A stretch of DNA of 64,000 bases, taken from contig JBKCNS010000051.1 in assembly GCA_046297095.1 (NCBI GenBank), positions 9,958 to 73,957 on the forward strand, written 5' to 3'. Both the position numbers and the translations under genes were made by a program. Within the stretch, counting starts at the first letter, position 1, and each line of letters starts with the position of its first letter. Shown here piece by piece: positions 8,519 through 17,691 of this stretch. The stretch is from Candidatus Kapaibacterium sp. (GTDB lineage Bacteria > Bacteroidota > Ignavibacteria > Kapaibacteriales > NICIL-2). The notes below the pieces were generated by a model that was not told where the DNA came from, made no database searches, and was given only the letters and a program-made list of their open reading frames with translations.

Positions 8519-11425
8519 ATGAACACTTTTCGACTCTTTTTCATTGCCGTCGTAGCAGCCGCTTTGCACCTGGTGCCCTCCGCACAGGCGCAAACAAAGC
8601 TGGAAATGCCGGACGGCGAGGCGGTGATCGCGGTAAATGTTATCACTACCTCGGCAACCCCCGCAGACTACGCGCGCTTATCGGCAACTCGTGGCCGTAT
8701 CTATGGCGCCAAATACAGCAACGGAATATGGACAAAGAACTCTCTGCTTTTTGAAGTTCCGTACAGCCGTCGTGTGGTAGATGCTGCCTTGAAGAGCGGC
8801 GAAAGCGGAAACTCCCGCAGCTACTCTGTGCTTCTTGACAACGGCGATGTAGTTGTTCTGAAATACGATGTCAGCACAAACACGGTAGACAAATCCGCTC
8901 AGTATATCAGCACGCCCTTCGTTCCTCAAGGCGGTGGGTTCAACCAGCAGACGTACAAAAAAGTACTGATGGGTAGCGCATTGAAAGTGTTCTTCGGAAC
9001 AGTTGTGTTTTCCAACCCGTTGGACGGATCCGGATACACGATGGACTCTGTAGGCCTTAATAGAGCGAGCGTTCAGGACATTGCCATGGATGTTCAGGGA
9101 GTTTTGTATGCAGCAACGAACCGCGGCATTTTTAAATGGAGCAGCGCAGATGCAAAGTGGATGCGCGTATCCGGCTTCGATTCCACTGCTACTGCTGCAT
9201 CGCTGTATGTGTGCCGAGACGGACGCATGCTTGCTACAGTAGCAAACCGCGGCGTGTATCTTTCTTCGAATAACGGCACAAGCTGGGCGCTCGACACAAC
9301 CGGCTCCGGCACAACAGCATTTGTACGCTTTACCGACGACGAAATGAATAACGTGTTCGCGGTATCAAATCCTTCGAACACAACATCCAATCTGTATCGC
9401 AAGAGTGGTACAAATCCGGGATGGACACGCATCGATTCTGTTTTGACATTGAATGTAGGCGGCGTTGTTCGTATCAACGACCTTGCGGCAGATGCCACTC
9501 TTGAACTGGGCACAACTGTTGGCGTGATGTCGTCTGCCAAAAAGGGCGACGACTGGTCGAACTCCACTATGGGTATTCAAGCCGAAGACCTGTATGGTTT
9601 GCAGTACTTCCCCAACGGTGTGAATGTAGTGAGTACAGCGCTTGGCGTGTATCGCTACTCTACAACATGGTCCAGAGTGTTTCCTGCCACCGGCTTCAAT
9701 GGCGCGCGCCCGCTGGTTCGCAGTGGTTCAACGCTGTCCTTCCAACTTGCAGGCACCGGCCAAGGTACTACCGCTCAACAAGGTCTTATCTATACCAGTA
9801 CGGACCAGGGTTCCACGTGGACTCTCGATACTACCGGACTCTCCGCAGTTCCCGGCAGCACCAGCAACCAGATACCCAGCATCTACGGCATGGACAACGC
9901 TGCAAAGAAATACATCGCTACCGGTTCGCCCATTGCGGTGTATTCTACTCCGTGGGCTATAGATACTGCTGAGTTTTATCAACCCACCGGCACGAGTGCA
10001 TCATCAATGATCTACACAGATCCCTCGAATTTCACCTACATAGCCGGAGCGGTTTATGGCGGCGGTGGCGGTGGCGGGTTTACTGTGCGTGACATTATAC
10101 TGAATCGTCGTGCCGCCGGTGCCACCACTTGGAGTGTAGATACGACAGGCCTGAACAAGCGCCCTGTGTATTCGATGGCGGCAACAGATAAGGCAACGTA
10201 TGCAGGCACTGGCATTGTCAGTGGAGTGTCCTACATCTACAAGCGTGGTGCAAACGGATGGGAAAGCATTCCCACACCGCCGTCGGCAATTTCCGACACG
10301 CGCGCTATGGCAATTGATTCCACAAAGTCGTTGTATGTAGCATACTCGGGCGTGCTTAGCACAAACTCACCGAACCGTGGCGTGTACGCTACAAGCGACG
10401 ATGGCGCCACATGGGATTATGCCGGCCTGGACAGCGTCCTTGTACGCGGCTTGGTGGCAACCGCCGATGGTGTGTTTGCATTCACCAATCGTGGTGGCTT
10501 TAAGCTTTCGCGTACAGCATTGCGTTCGGCCTCTATCCAGTTCAGCAAAAACATCATAGACTTCGGCATCGTGGATGTGGGCGGTCGTAAGGACACCGTA
10601 ATTACGGTGTCGAACTCCGGCAACGATACTCTTCGCGTAAGCAACCTCCGCACGAACTCGGCAAACTTTACTGCTTCACCCACGCAGTTCACCGTGGCAC
10701 CGGGCGGCACCGCTCAAGTAACATTGTCGTTCCGTCCTACCGGCGGCGGTAGCGTATCTACAACCATGCGCAGTACTGCAAACACAACTCCCGATACGGT
10801 ATTTATGAGGGGCGAGGGCAAGGCAGCCAATGTTGTAATTGTGCTCGAAAGCAGAAACATCGATCTTGGCATTGTGAATGTTGGCGATACTCGCGATTCC
10901 ATCGTATCAATAGCAAATGGCGGAACGGACACGCTTATCGTCAATGGCGTGAACGCATCAGTGCAATCGTTGTCTATCGTACCTTCGTCGTTCAAACTAG
11001 CGGGCGGCGACAGCACAAAGATTACCATTCGCTACGCACCTACAACCGTAGGAAGTACCATTGGTTATCTGCGCTTCAACTACAACGGGCCGTCGGACTC
11101 TATTCGTATTCTTGCACGTGCAGACATCGCCTCTGTGGACGATCCTACTCTCGTGAACACCTACGCTCTTCAGTTGCAGCCGCACCCTGCCACGGCATCG
11201 AATGCGCTGCTGAAGTTCCGCATGCCTGTGGACGAAATGATGCGACTTGTGCTCGTGAATTCTCTTGGAGAAGAGATGGGAGAAGTCTGGTCCGGTATGG
11301 TAAGCCAAGGCGATCATGTTATCGATTTGAGCTCGCATATTCAGAACTTATCTGCCGGAACCTACTTCCTGCGCATGACCACTGCGCACGGTACATCGGC
11401 GATGAAGTTTATGCTTGTCAGATAA
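8519..11425 (+). CDS. T9SS-secreted protein: beta-propeller (BNR-like) repeats, two Ig-like (choice-of-anchor D/ASH-like) domains and CTD
   Basis: 968 aa. Signal peptide, repeated SxDxGxTW/WxxDTTG motifs, two IDFG/IDLG...TV.N.G.DTL.V Ig repeats, C-terminal LQPHPA...LSAGTYFLRM...KFMLVR. Confidence 0.8.
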   Translation: MNTFRLFFIAVVAAALHLVPSAQAQTKLEMPDGEAVIAVNVITTSATPADYARLSATRGRIYGAKYSNGIWTKNSLLFEVPYSRRVVDAALKSGESGNSRSYSVLLDNGDVVVLKYDVSTNTVDKSAQYISTPFVPQGGGFNQQTYKKVLMGSALKVFFGTVVFSNPLDGSGYTMDSVGLNRASVQDIAMDVQGVLYAATNRGIFKWSSADAKWMRVSGFDSTATAASLYVCRDGRMLATVANRGVYLSSNNGTSWALDTTGSGTTAFVRFTDDEMNNVFAVSNPSNTTSNLYRKSGTNPGWTRIDSVLTLNVGGVVRINDLAADATLELGTTVGVMSSAKKGDDWSNSTMGIQAEDLYGLQYFPNGVNVVSTALGVYRYSTTWSRVFPATGFNGARPLVRSGSTLSFQLAGTGQGTTAQQGLIYTSTDQGSTWTLDTTGLSAVPGSTSNQIPSIYGMDNAAKKYIATGSPIAVYSTPWAIDTAEFYQPTGTSASSMIYTDPSNFTYIAGAVYGGGGGGGFTVRDIILNRRAAGATTWSVDTTGLNKRPVYSMAATDKATYAGTGIVSGVSYIYKRGANGWESIPTPPSAISDTRAMAIDSTKSLYVAYSGVLSTNSPNRGVYATSDDGATWDYAGLDSVLVRGLVATADGVFAFTNRGGFKLSRTALRSASIQFSKNIIDFGIVDVGGRKDTVITVSNSGNDTLRVSNLRTNSANFTASPTQFTVAPGGTAQVTLSFRPTGGGSVSTTMRSTANTTPDTVFMRGEGKAANVVIVLESRNIDLGIVNVGDTRDSIVSIANGGTDTLIVNGVNASVQSLSIVPSSFKLAGGDSTKITIRYAPTTVGSTIGYLRFNYNGPSDSIRILARADIASVDDPTLVNTYALQLQPHPATASNALLKFRMPVDEMMRLVLVNSLGEEMGEVWSGMVSQGDHVIDLSSHIQNLSAGTYFLRMTTAHGTSAMKFMLVR

Positions 11426-11470
11426 TAAGCACGGCGGGGTGTTCGAACACGGACATCCAACCAAAAAAGC

Positions 11471-11502
11471 AAAAGGTGTGCGAGAGTCGCACACCTTTTT
11501 TG
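11471..11502. terminator. Bidirectional intrinsic terminator between convergent genes
   Basis: AAAAGGTGTGCGA-GAG-TCGCACACCTTTT perfect stem with A and T tracts on either side. Confidence 0.8.
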
Positions 11503-11560
11503 TTTGTGATAGTCTGTAGTGATCTGCCTGCAATAAGCAGAAAGCATCATGCATTAGGCA

Positions 11561-12748
11561 TTATCCTGCATGCAAGGATTCAACACACTCGCGTAAGCGC
11601 GCTACACCGCGATGAATATCGGTGTCTGCGGCAGCAAACGAGATACGCAAGAACCCGGGAGCACCAAAGGCCTCGCCCGGAACAGTGGCGCAGAAGTGTT
11701 GCTCAAGTAAACGCTCGGCAAAAGCGTGTGCGGTGGGTACCTGCTCGGTAAGGATATCGCGAAGATCGATCCACAAATAAAAAGCACCGTCGGGCTGCAA
11801 GATGCGGATGCCCCCGATTGCATCCACAAGTCCACAAACCAATTCCCGACGGCGCCCAAATTCCACTCTCATACGTTCCACATCGCTGTCCGCGTGGAGC
11901 AGCGCTGCCAGCGCAGCGCGCTGAGCAATAGAGTTTACGTTCGATGTGTCCTGACTTTGAACCTTTGCGGCTTGAGCAAACAGCTCGGCCGGTGCGTTCA
12001 TAAATCCTACTCTCCAACCCGTCATTGCATATGCCTTGGAACAACCGTTCACAGTAACAACACGATGTGCTATGGAAGCAAAGGAACCCGGGCTTACATG
12101 GGGCACGATGTTGTAGTGAATCTTCTCGTAGATCTCGTCGCTGATGATAAAACAATCATGCGACTCAAGTACGCTGACCAGGCCTTGCCATTCCTCTGCG
12201 GTATACATCATACCGGTTGGATTGCACGGCGAGTTCAAAATGATGCATTTTGTCTTTGCTGTTAACGCATCACGTATCTGCTCCGGCTGAACTTTGAAAC
12301 GCGACTCCGGAGTTGTGTGCACCACTACCGCAGTGGCTCCCGCAATGGAGATCATGGCAGGATAGCTTACCCAATAGGGCGCAACAACAATTACCTCATC
12401 ACCCGGATTACACATCGCCGAAAGTGCATTCATGATGCTATGCTTGGCTCCGGTAGAGATAAGCACAGTGGAAGCATCTGCACCAATGATCCCGTTTTCA
12501 CGGCGGAACTTGGCTGCTACCGCTTCACGCAATTCAGGAATACCGTTCGAGTCGGTGTAATGACTGAAGTCGCTTTCAATAGCCTCGATTGCTGCATGCT
12601 TAGCGCAGGACGGCGTGGGAAAATCCGGCTCTCCCGTAGCCAACGAAACAACATCCTCCCCTCGTTGTTTCAATTTCTTCGCACGCGCAGCAATAGCCAG
12701 AGTCTGAGACTCTGTGGCAGCAATGATACGTCGTGAAAGACTCTGCAT
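11561..12748 (-). CDS. aspC: PLP-dependent class I aminotransferase (aspartate aminotransferase family)
   Basis: GEPDFPTP, LNSPCNPTG, IISDEIYE, NGCSKAYAMTGWRVG (PLP lysine) and PDGAFY. Start is taken as MQSLSRR (12748). Confidence 0.9.
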   Translation of the reverse strand: MQSLSRRIIAATESQTLAIAARAKKLKQRGEDVVSLATGEPDFPTPSCAKHAAIEAIESDFSHYTDSNGIPELREAVAAKFRRENGIIGADASTVLISTGAKHSIMNALSAMCNPGDEVIVVAPYWVSYPAMISIAGATAVVVHTTPESRFKVQPEQIRDALTAKTKCIILNSPCNPTGMMYTAEEWQGLVSVLESHDCFIISDEIYEKIHYNIVPHVSPGSFASIAHRVVTVNGCSKAYAMTGWRVGFMNAPAELFAQAAKVQSQDTSNVNSIAQRAALAALLHADSDVERMRVEFGRRRELVCGLVDAIGGIRILQPDGAFYLWIDLRDILTEQVPTAHAFAERLLEQHFCATVPGEAFGAPGFLRISFAAADTDIHRGVARLRECVESLHAG

Positions 12749-12859
12749 GATGAACGTTTTTATGATCGGTTGATCGTATGACTTCTGCAACTGCATTGCA
12801 AGCATGCAATGCTGCATGCTGTTGCGTTTACATCAATCATACATTTCGTTCGGAACAAT

Positions 12860-15019
12860 TTAGTGCGCAACGATGAACGTAGAGAAGAAGATTTTTTCCC
12901 CAACGCGAAGTCGTGCCGTGTACACGCCCGATGCCATCGATTGAACCGATAGCGGCATGGTATACGTTCCGGCGTCGGTAGTGCCCTGCACCGGTGCACT
13001 CACACATCTTCCCTGTTCATCCCAAATGTCCACGGCAACACGCGCGCTTTGATCTACCGTATAGCGCACACTCACAGTTTCGCTTCCCGTGGCAGGCTGC
13101 GGAAACACGGATATCGCAGGTGCATCACTTGTGCTTGCAGAGCTGTTGTTGTCCTGCACCGAAACAATAATGCTTCCTTGCGGCTTGATGCACAACAAGG
13201 TCTGATCTTCATCGATAATCATTGTGTCGGGAAGAAACGGTACGCGCACGGTAACCGTTTGCTCCAATGAATCATTGAGCAAAAGATAGTCGAAGGTATC
13301 ACTTGAGTATCGTGCATGGAATCGAAGCGGCACCGGCATTACAAACACCGGCGGAGCCGCACTCGTGGGACCGGATTTCTGATTGAAGCGCAGTACTACG
13401 TCTGCCTCGTCGCCAACACGCGTTACCGATTGTACGGTGGCCGTGTAGTAGGGATGGCCGGGGCTGTAAATCCACTGATCAAAAAATTGACGAAACGATA
13501 CCTTCGGATTCGGTACAAGCTCTTCCCACAACGCAACAAAGTCTTCAGTCTCTACAGACTGATATGCGAAACGTCGCATGTACTCTTTCATCACAGAAAA
13601 GTATGTGCTGTCTCCCACCAACGAACGCAGCATGGAATACACCCAACCGCCCTTCACATAGGTGGTGCCGTAATTGAAAAGATTGCTCAACTGCACACTA
13701 TAAATTCCCGGTTGCGCTGCGCCTTCATCATTACCGAAATACGATCTGTCACGGCGCTGAGCAAAGTCGGCGCGTGCAGCCTTTATTCCTCGCTCCTTCT
13801 CTATCCACAAAAACTCACCGTAGGTAGCGCCACCTTCGTTCAGCCATATATCGCTCCACGTGGCGCATGTAACCTTATCTCCGGTCCACTGGTGCATCAG
13901 CTCGTGTGCAACCACACCTTCCCAGCGATCTGTAAGAGCGCGGCGATTATACGTGGAGTTCGTTTGATGCTCCATTGCTCCGCTGAAGTACGGAAAGAGA
14001 ATAGTTTGAGCATAGGTATCGAAGGGATACTCTCCGTATAAACCGGAGAAACTCTCGAGCATGCGTACGGTGATCTCCTGCATCCAAACTAAATTCTCCG
14101 TAAAGCGCGCAGCATCCGTCACCCAAAGATATATGGGCGAGGAAACCACTTGCGTGCTGTCTGTAACACGTCGATACGGCTTGCCATCGTAACGTGCCCA
14201 CTTGGACGCGCACACCACCATCAGGTAGGTTGGGATAGGAGTTTTGTCTTTCCACTGATAGAGTTCACCATTGGGTACATTGTCGTATCGCACCAGGAGT
14301 CCATTAGAGCTAACGTTGTAACCAATCGGAACGATCACTGTAATCGATGAAATCGCTTTGTCATACGGGCGATCATTGCATGGCATCCACGCACGTGCAC
14401 CATTGGGCTGGCTCATTGTGTACGCAATATTGGCAAACACGGTATCCGGAGGAGTTCTGTTTCCAAAAGCACCGGCAGGAACAGCTACAAAACCATTATA
14501 GTCGCCGGGGTTCGACGTACTGACATTGGTATAATGAACTGCAAGTGTAAGCGTATCACCCACACCCCGCGTGCCAACGGCAATATCTACCGTGCCGTTT
14601 GTTTGCTTGTAGTCTTTTCCCGCAAGAACGCCGTTCACAAAGGCCGAGTCAATACGCAGATCGCGCACATCCAAGGTGATAGCCGTTGTATTCGCAGAGT
14701 CTATTCTCACTCGAATAGTATTAACTCCTGTATATGCACGCGATCCTGCTCCCGTCCGGGTAAGAGGCGTGCGCCAGTCCATGAGCAAATCGTACGTCAG
14801 CACATCATACGGACGGCGCACAATAGCAGATGGTCGCCGTGACTGCAGAGACGGCCACGCGCCACGAGCACGGGCTTGATGCTCATGCATGGCATGCTCA
14901 TCCGTTGGAGAGAGCTTTCCTTCGCCCTGCAAAAGAACATCGGGAATGGTTTGCGCTCCGGCATGCACAGCGCCAAGTATCAAAACAATCAGAAGAACAG
15001 CTTTCATGATCAATCGCAT
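12860..15019 (-). CDS. M1 family aminopeptidase with T9SS CTD
   Basis: 719 aa. Signal peptide, GAMEH, HELMHQW (HEXXH) with downstream WLNEG, YVKGGWV; CTD VFPQP...ASGVYTARL. Confidence 0.92.
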   Translation of the reverse strand: MRLIMKAVLLIVLILGAVHAGAQTIPDVLLQGEGKLSPTDEHAMHEHQARARGAWPSLQSRRPSAIVRRPYDVLTYDLLMDWRTPLTRTGAGSRAYTGVNTIRVRIDSANTTAITLDVRDLRIDSAFVNGVLAGKDYKQTNGTVDIAVGTRGVGDTLTLAVHYTNVSTSNPGDYNGFVAVPAGAFGNRTPPDTVFANIAYTMSQPNGARAWMPCNDRPYDKAISSITVIVPIGYNVSSNGLLVRYDNVPNGELYQWKDKTPIPTYLMVVCASKWARYDGKPYRRVTDSTQVVSSPIYLWVTDAARFTENLVWMQEITVRMLESFSGLYGEYPFDTYAQTILFPYFSGAMEHQTNSTYNRRALTDRWEGVVAHELMHQWTGDKVTCATWSDIWLNEGGATYGEFLWIEKERGIKAARADFAQRRDRSYFGNDEGAAQPGIYSVQLSNLFNYGTTYVKGGWVYSMLRSLVGDSTYFSVMKEYMRRFAYQSVETEDFVALWEELVPNPKVSFRQFFDQWIYSPGHPYYTATVQSVTRVGDEADVVLRFNQKSGPTSAAPPVFVMPVPLRFHARYSSDTFDYLLLNDSLEQTVTVRVPFLPDTMIIDEDQTLLCIKPQGSIIVSVQDNNSSASTSDAPAISVFPQPATGSETVSVRYTVDQSARVAVDIWDEQGRCVSAPVQGTTDAGTYTMPLSVQSMASGVYTARLRVGEKIFFSTFIVAH

Positions 15020-15107
15020 CTCAATCGCGTCTATTAGGTATCAAAAATATTTCTTGAAACATACCGATCAGCGCTTACAAACGCAGGCCGTACACACTGT
15101 ACAACAG

Positions 15108-15515
15108 CTATTCGGCAGCCGAAGCTTTCTTGTAAAACATAGCGCCTCGGATGGCAAAAATCAACGACAGTACACCTGTTTCCGTTTGCAGCAAATCTTC
15201 CAACGACGGCCTCATGCCTTGAGCATACACCTGAATGGAATGAATAGCTGCAGGCAGTTCAATGAGTACAGCAAGTGTGGTAACTGCAAGGGCAGCTTGA
15301 AGTGCCTTATGCTTGAGTTTGTCCGACACACTCATCACAGCAAATGCAAAGAGCACCAATCCGCATACCAGCGGATGCAGAAACACCCAGCTGTGCACGG
15401 TGGGTGCAATCTTTTCCATTAGAGGAAGATTCAGCGAAGCAACCTTTGTGGAAGAAAATCCGTAGCCGCCCAGGATAAGGAACACAAAGCTGAGAATCAT
15501 GGAGAATGCTGTCAT
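15108..15515 (-). CDS. Hypothetical membrane protein (about 4 TM)
   Basis: 135 aa, strongly hydrophobic; a TATATTTG box on the minus strand (15553-15560) lies upstream. Confidence 0.6.
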   Translation of the reverse strand: MTAFSMILSFVFLILGGYGFSSTKVASLNLPLMEKIAPTVHSWVFLHPLVCGLVLFAFAVMSVSDKLKHKALQAALAVTTLAVLIELPAAIHSIQVYAQGMRPSLEDLLQTETGVLSLIFAIRGAMFYKKASAAE

Positions 15516-15624
15516 AGGCGATCAATGGTGAGACGGGAAGCACGTTGCCGTTCAAATATAGTTATTGTAAATTTGACCTGCCGTTCACCCGGCACCCAAG
15601 GGTTTCACCATCTACTCTACCACC

Positions 15625-16119
15625 ATGAGATTTCTTTCTTTGCTTTTGGTCAGCACCCTCCTGCTGGGGTTTTCTTCGTGCACTAATACAACAGAGTATC
15701 AGGCAGATCAACTCACCGTCAGCGAGGTTTCGGGTCAGCCGGGATTCGCGTGGTTCTCTCAGGAAGTTGGTCGTTATACTCCCAATGCCGCCGATGTTGC
15801 CGCTATTCGCTCTGCCTATGCAGCCGCGCCGTTTACCACCTATATGTACGTAAACCAAGCTTGTACCTGCAGCGGCACGCTATTGCATTTTCCCAGATTA
15901 TACAGCACTCTTAAGGCTGCCGGAGTGCCGGATTCGTCGATGGTTGTGTTCAACATGCTGAATGCCGCAACACCGCATCCGTACGCAGACAAATACCCGG
16001 TTCGCGTTTTGCCTACATTCTATTTTGTTCGTGGCGCGTCCAACGATTTTCGGCGAGTTGAGCCCCCCACCGACACTCTTACACGCATCGACTCGTTAGT
16101 AGCTTTCACATTGAAGTAG
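15625..16119 (+). CDS. Thioredoxin-fold-like lipoprotein
   Basis: 164 aa. Lipobox FSS-C, QACTCSG, FPRLY and cis-Pro-like LPTFYF; TAAATTTG box at 15568. Confidence 0.6.
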   Translation: MRFLSLLLVSTLLLGFSSCTNTTEYQADQLTVSEVSGQPGFAWFSQEVGRYTPNAADVAAIRSAYAAAPFTTYMYVNQACTCSGTLLHFPRLYSTLKAAGVPDSSMVVFNMLNAATPHPYADKYPVRVLPTFYFVRGASNDFRRVEPPTDTLTRIDSLVAFTLK

Positions 16120-16150
16120 ATCATACCGTCGTTCATTCAACGAAACGTCT

Positions 16151-16558
16151 ATGGCATACTGGCTTATAAAATCCGATCCCGAGGAATACTCGTTTCACGA
16201 TCTGCGTAAGGACAAAAAGACATCGTGGACCGGTGTGAGGAATTTCGCTGCGCGTAATAATCTTCGCGCCATGAGCAAGGGCGACGAGCTGCTTGTGTAT
16301 CACAGCAATTCAGACAAAGCCGTTGTGGGTACCTGCACGGTAGCAAAGACCGCCTACCCCGATCCCACTGCCACGGACGGAGATTGGTCTGCTATAGATA
16401 TCCGTGCGGGAGAGCTGCTTGCCAAGCCGGTAACGCTTGCAGATATGAAGAAAACTCCTGCTTTGGCGAACATCGGACTCATTACCATTGGCCGGCTATC
16501 CGTGATGCCCCTCACGGACAATGAATATGCTACCATCATGGCTATGGCAAAAAAATAA
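16151..16558 (+). CDS. EVE domain protein
   Basis: MAYWLIKSDP, WTGVRNFAARNNLRAM..GD..LVYHS, YPDPT, PVTLADMK and RLSVMP. Confidence 0.93.
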   Translation: MAYWLIKSDPEEYSFHDLRKDKKTSWTGVRNFAARNNLRAMSKGDELLVYHSNSDKAVVGTCTVAKTAYPDPTATDGDWSAIDIRAGELLAKPVTLADMKKTPALANIGLITIGRLSVMPLTDNEYATIMAMAKK

Positions 16559-16608
16559 GCCCACCCTGAAAACAAGGCGGGCTTACAAACAAAGTACGCG
16601 AGCGCTTT

Positions 16609-16977
16609 CTAAAGCGCGTTACGCATCACCATATACACAAGCACTACGACGAGCGCTGTCATCTCCACACCGCGCGGCAGCTGTACCGGAGCCGGTGAAG
16701 TACCATGCCACCAAGCGTATACAGTTCGCCAGCAAACCAAGAGAACCAAAGGCAGAACCACAAAACTGAGCACATTAAAATGCAATGCTTGCTCTATGTG
16801 CCCGTGCAGGAGTTCGTGAGCAGCGCGAGTCATGCCGCAGCCTGCACATTGTAGACCGGTAATGGTATGCACAGGGCACAGCCATAGCGTATGCGCCGAC
16901 GGATCCACTGTATACAGCAATGCCGTCAGTGCGCACAATGCGCCACCAACGAGTATTGATCGGTTGCGAAGAGTCAT
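16609..16977 (-). CDS. DUF2752 domain membrane protein
   Basis: CPVHTITGLQCAGCGMTRAAHELLHG motif; start overlaps the upstream stop (TAATG). Confidence 0.85.
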   Translation of the reverse strand: MTLRNRSILVGGALCALTALLYTVDPSAHTLWLCPVHTITGLQCAGCGMTRAAHELLHGHIEQALHFNVLSFVVLPLVLLVCWRTVYAWWHGTSPAPVQLPRGVEMTALVVVLVYMVMRNAL

Positions 16978-17402
16978 TATCCCTGAGGCGCTTGCTGCTC
17001 TGCGTATTGCTCGGGCGCCGGATAGCGCTCGTACCAGCTGTTGATCTCCGATTGCTCAATGCAATGAGCAACAATGCTCAGGCCGGTAATGGAGAGAATA
17101 ACAAACAGAAGCGGATAATTTGTTTCCACTTCAAAACCGTTTCTGCGCTGCACTTCGTTCAAACTACGAGCCACGATATACTCTGTATAAATAAAGTATA
17201 TGCCACAGGTAACAATTCCAATGCCCAACCATTTCCAAAACGAGAATTGATAGCGGCCAAGCCATGCGTTGTAAATTTCGAAGCGGCGGTTCTGCCATAT
17301 AAAACCGTAAATGCCGCAGGTAATAATGGAGAGTATGATGGCCCGCACTATGCCCGTCACGGCTAGCTCTTTGGGATAAGGAAAGGAATACGGATTGCTC
17401 AT
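16977..17402 (-). CDS. DUF4234 domain membrane protein
   Basis: Duplicated ILSIITCGIYGFIW / LGIVTCGIYFIY, and SIVAHCIEQSEIN. Confidence 0.8.
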   Translation of the reverse strand: MSNPYSFPYPKELAVTGIVRAIILSIITCGIYGFIWQNRRFEIYNAWLGRYQFSFWKWLGIGIVTCGIYFIYTEYIVARSLNEVQRRNGFEVETNYPLLFVILSITGLSIVAHCIEQSEINSWYERYPAPEQYAEQQAPQG

Positions 17403-17691
17403 GAAGAACTCCTGGAGATGTGGAAGAATGGTTGACGGCTTACTCGACGTTTCGATAGGTAAAGTTGCAGACGCAGAATTAATGCGACGTAGAAGTAGGT
17501 ACGCTGCAGTGTCGTAGCTGCAGTAAAATAATCATACTGTTAAAATATCACCAAGCTGAGCTCTTTCTTCGCAAAACAATTGACATCGTTTTCACTCTCA
17601 TAATTACTCAATTGCGGGCACAATATTGGCAATTAGTTATTATCGACCACGGAATTTTCACCCCCCCCCCATCCATTCCCTACCCCCACTG

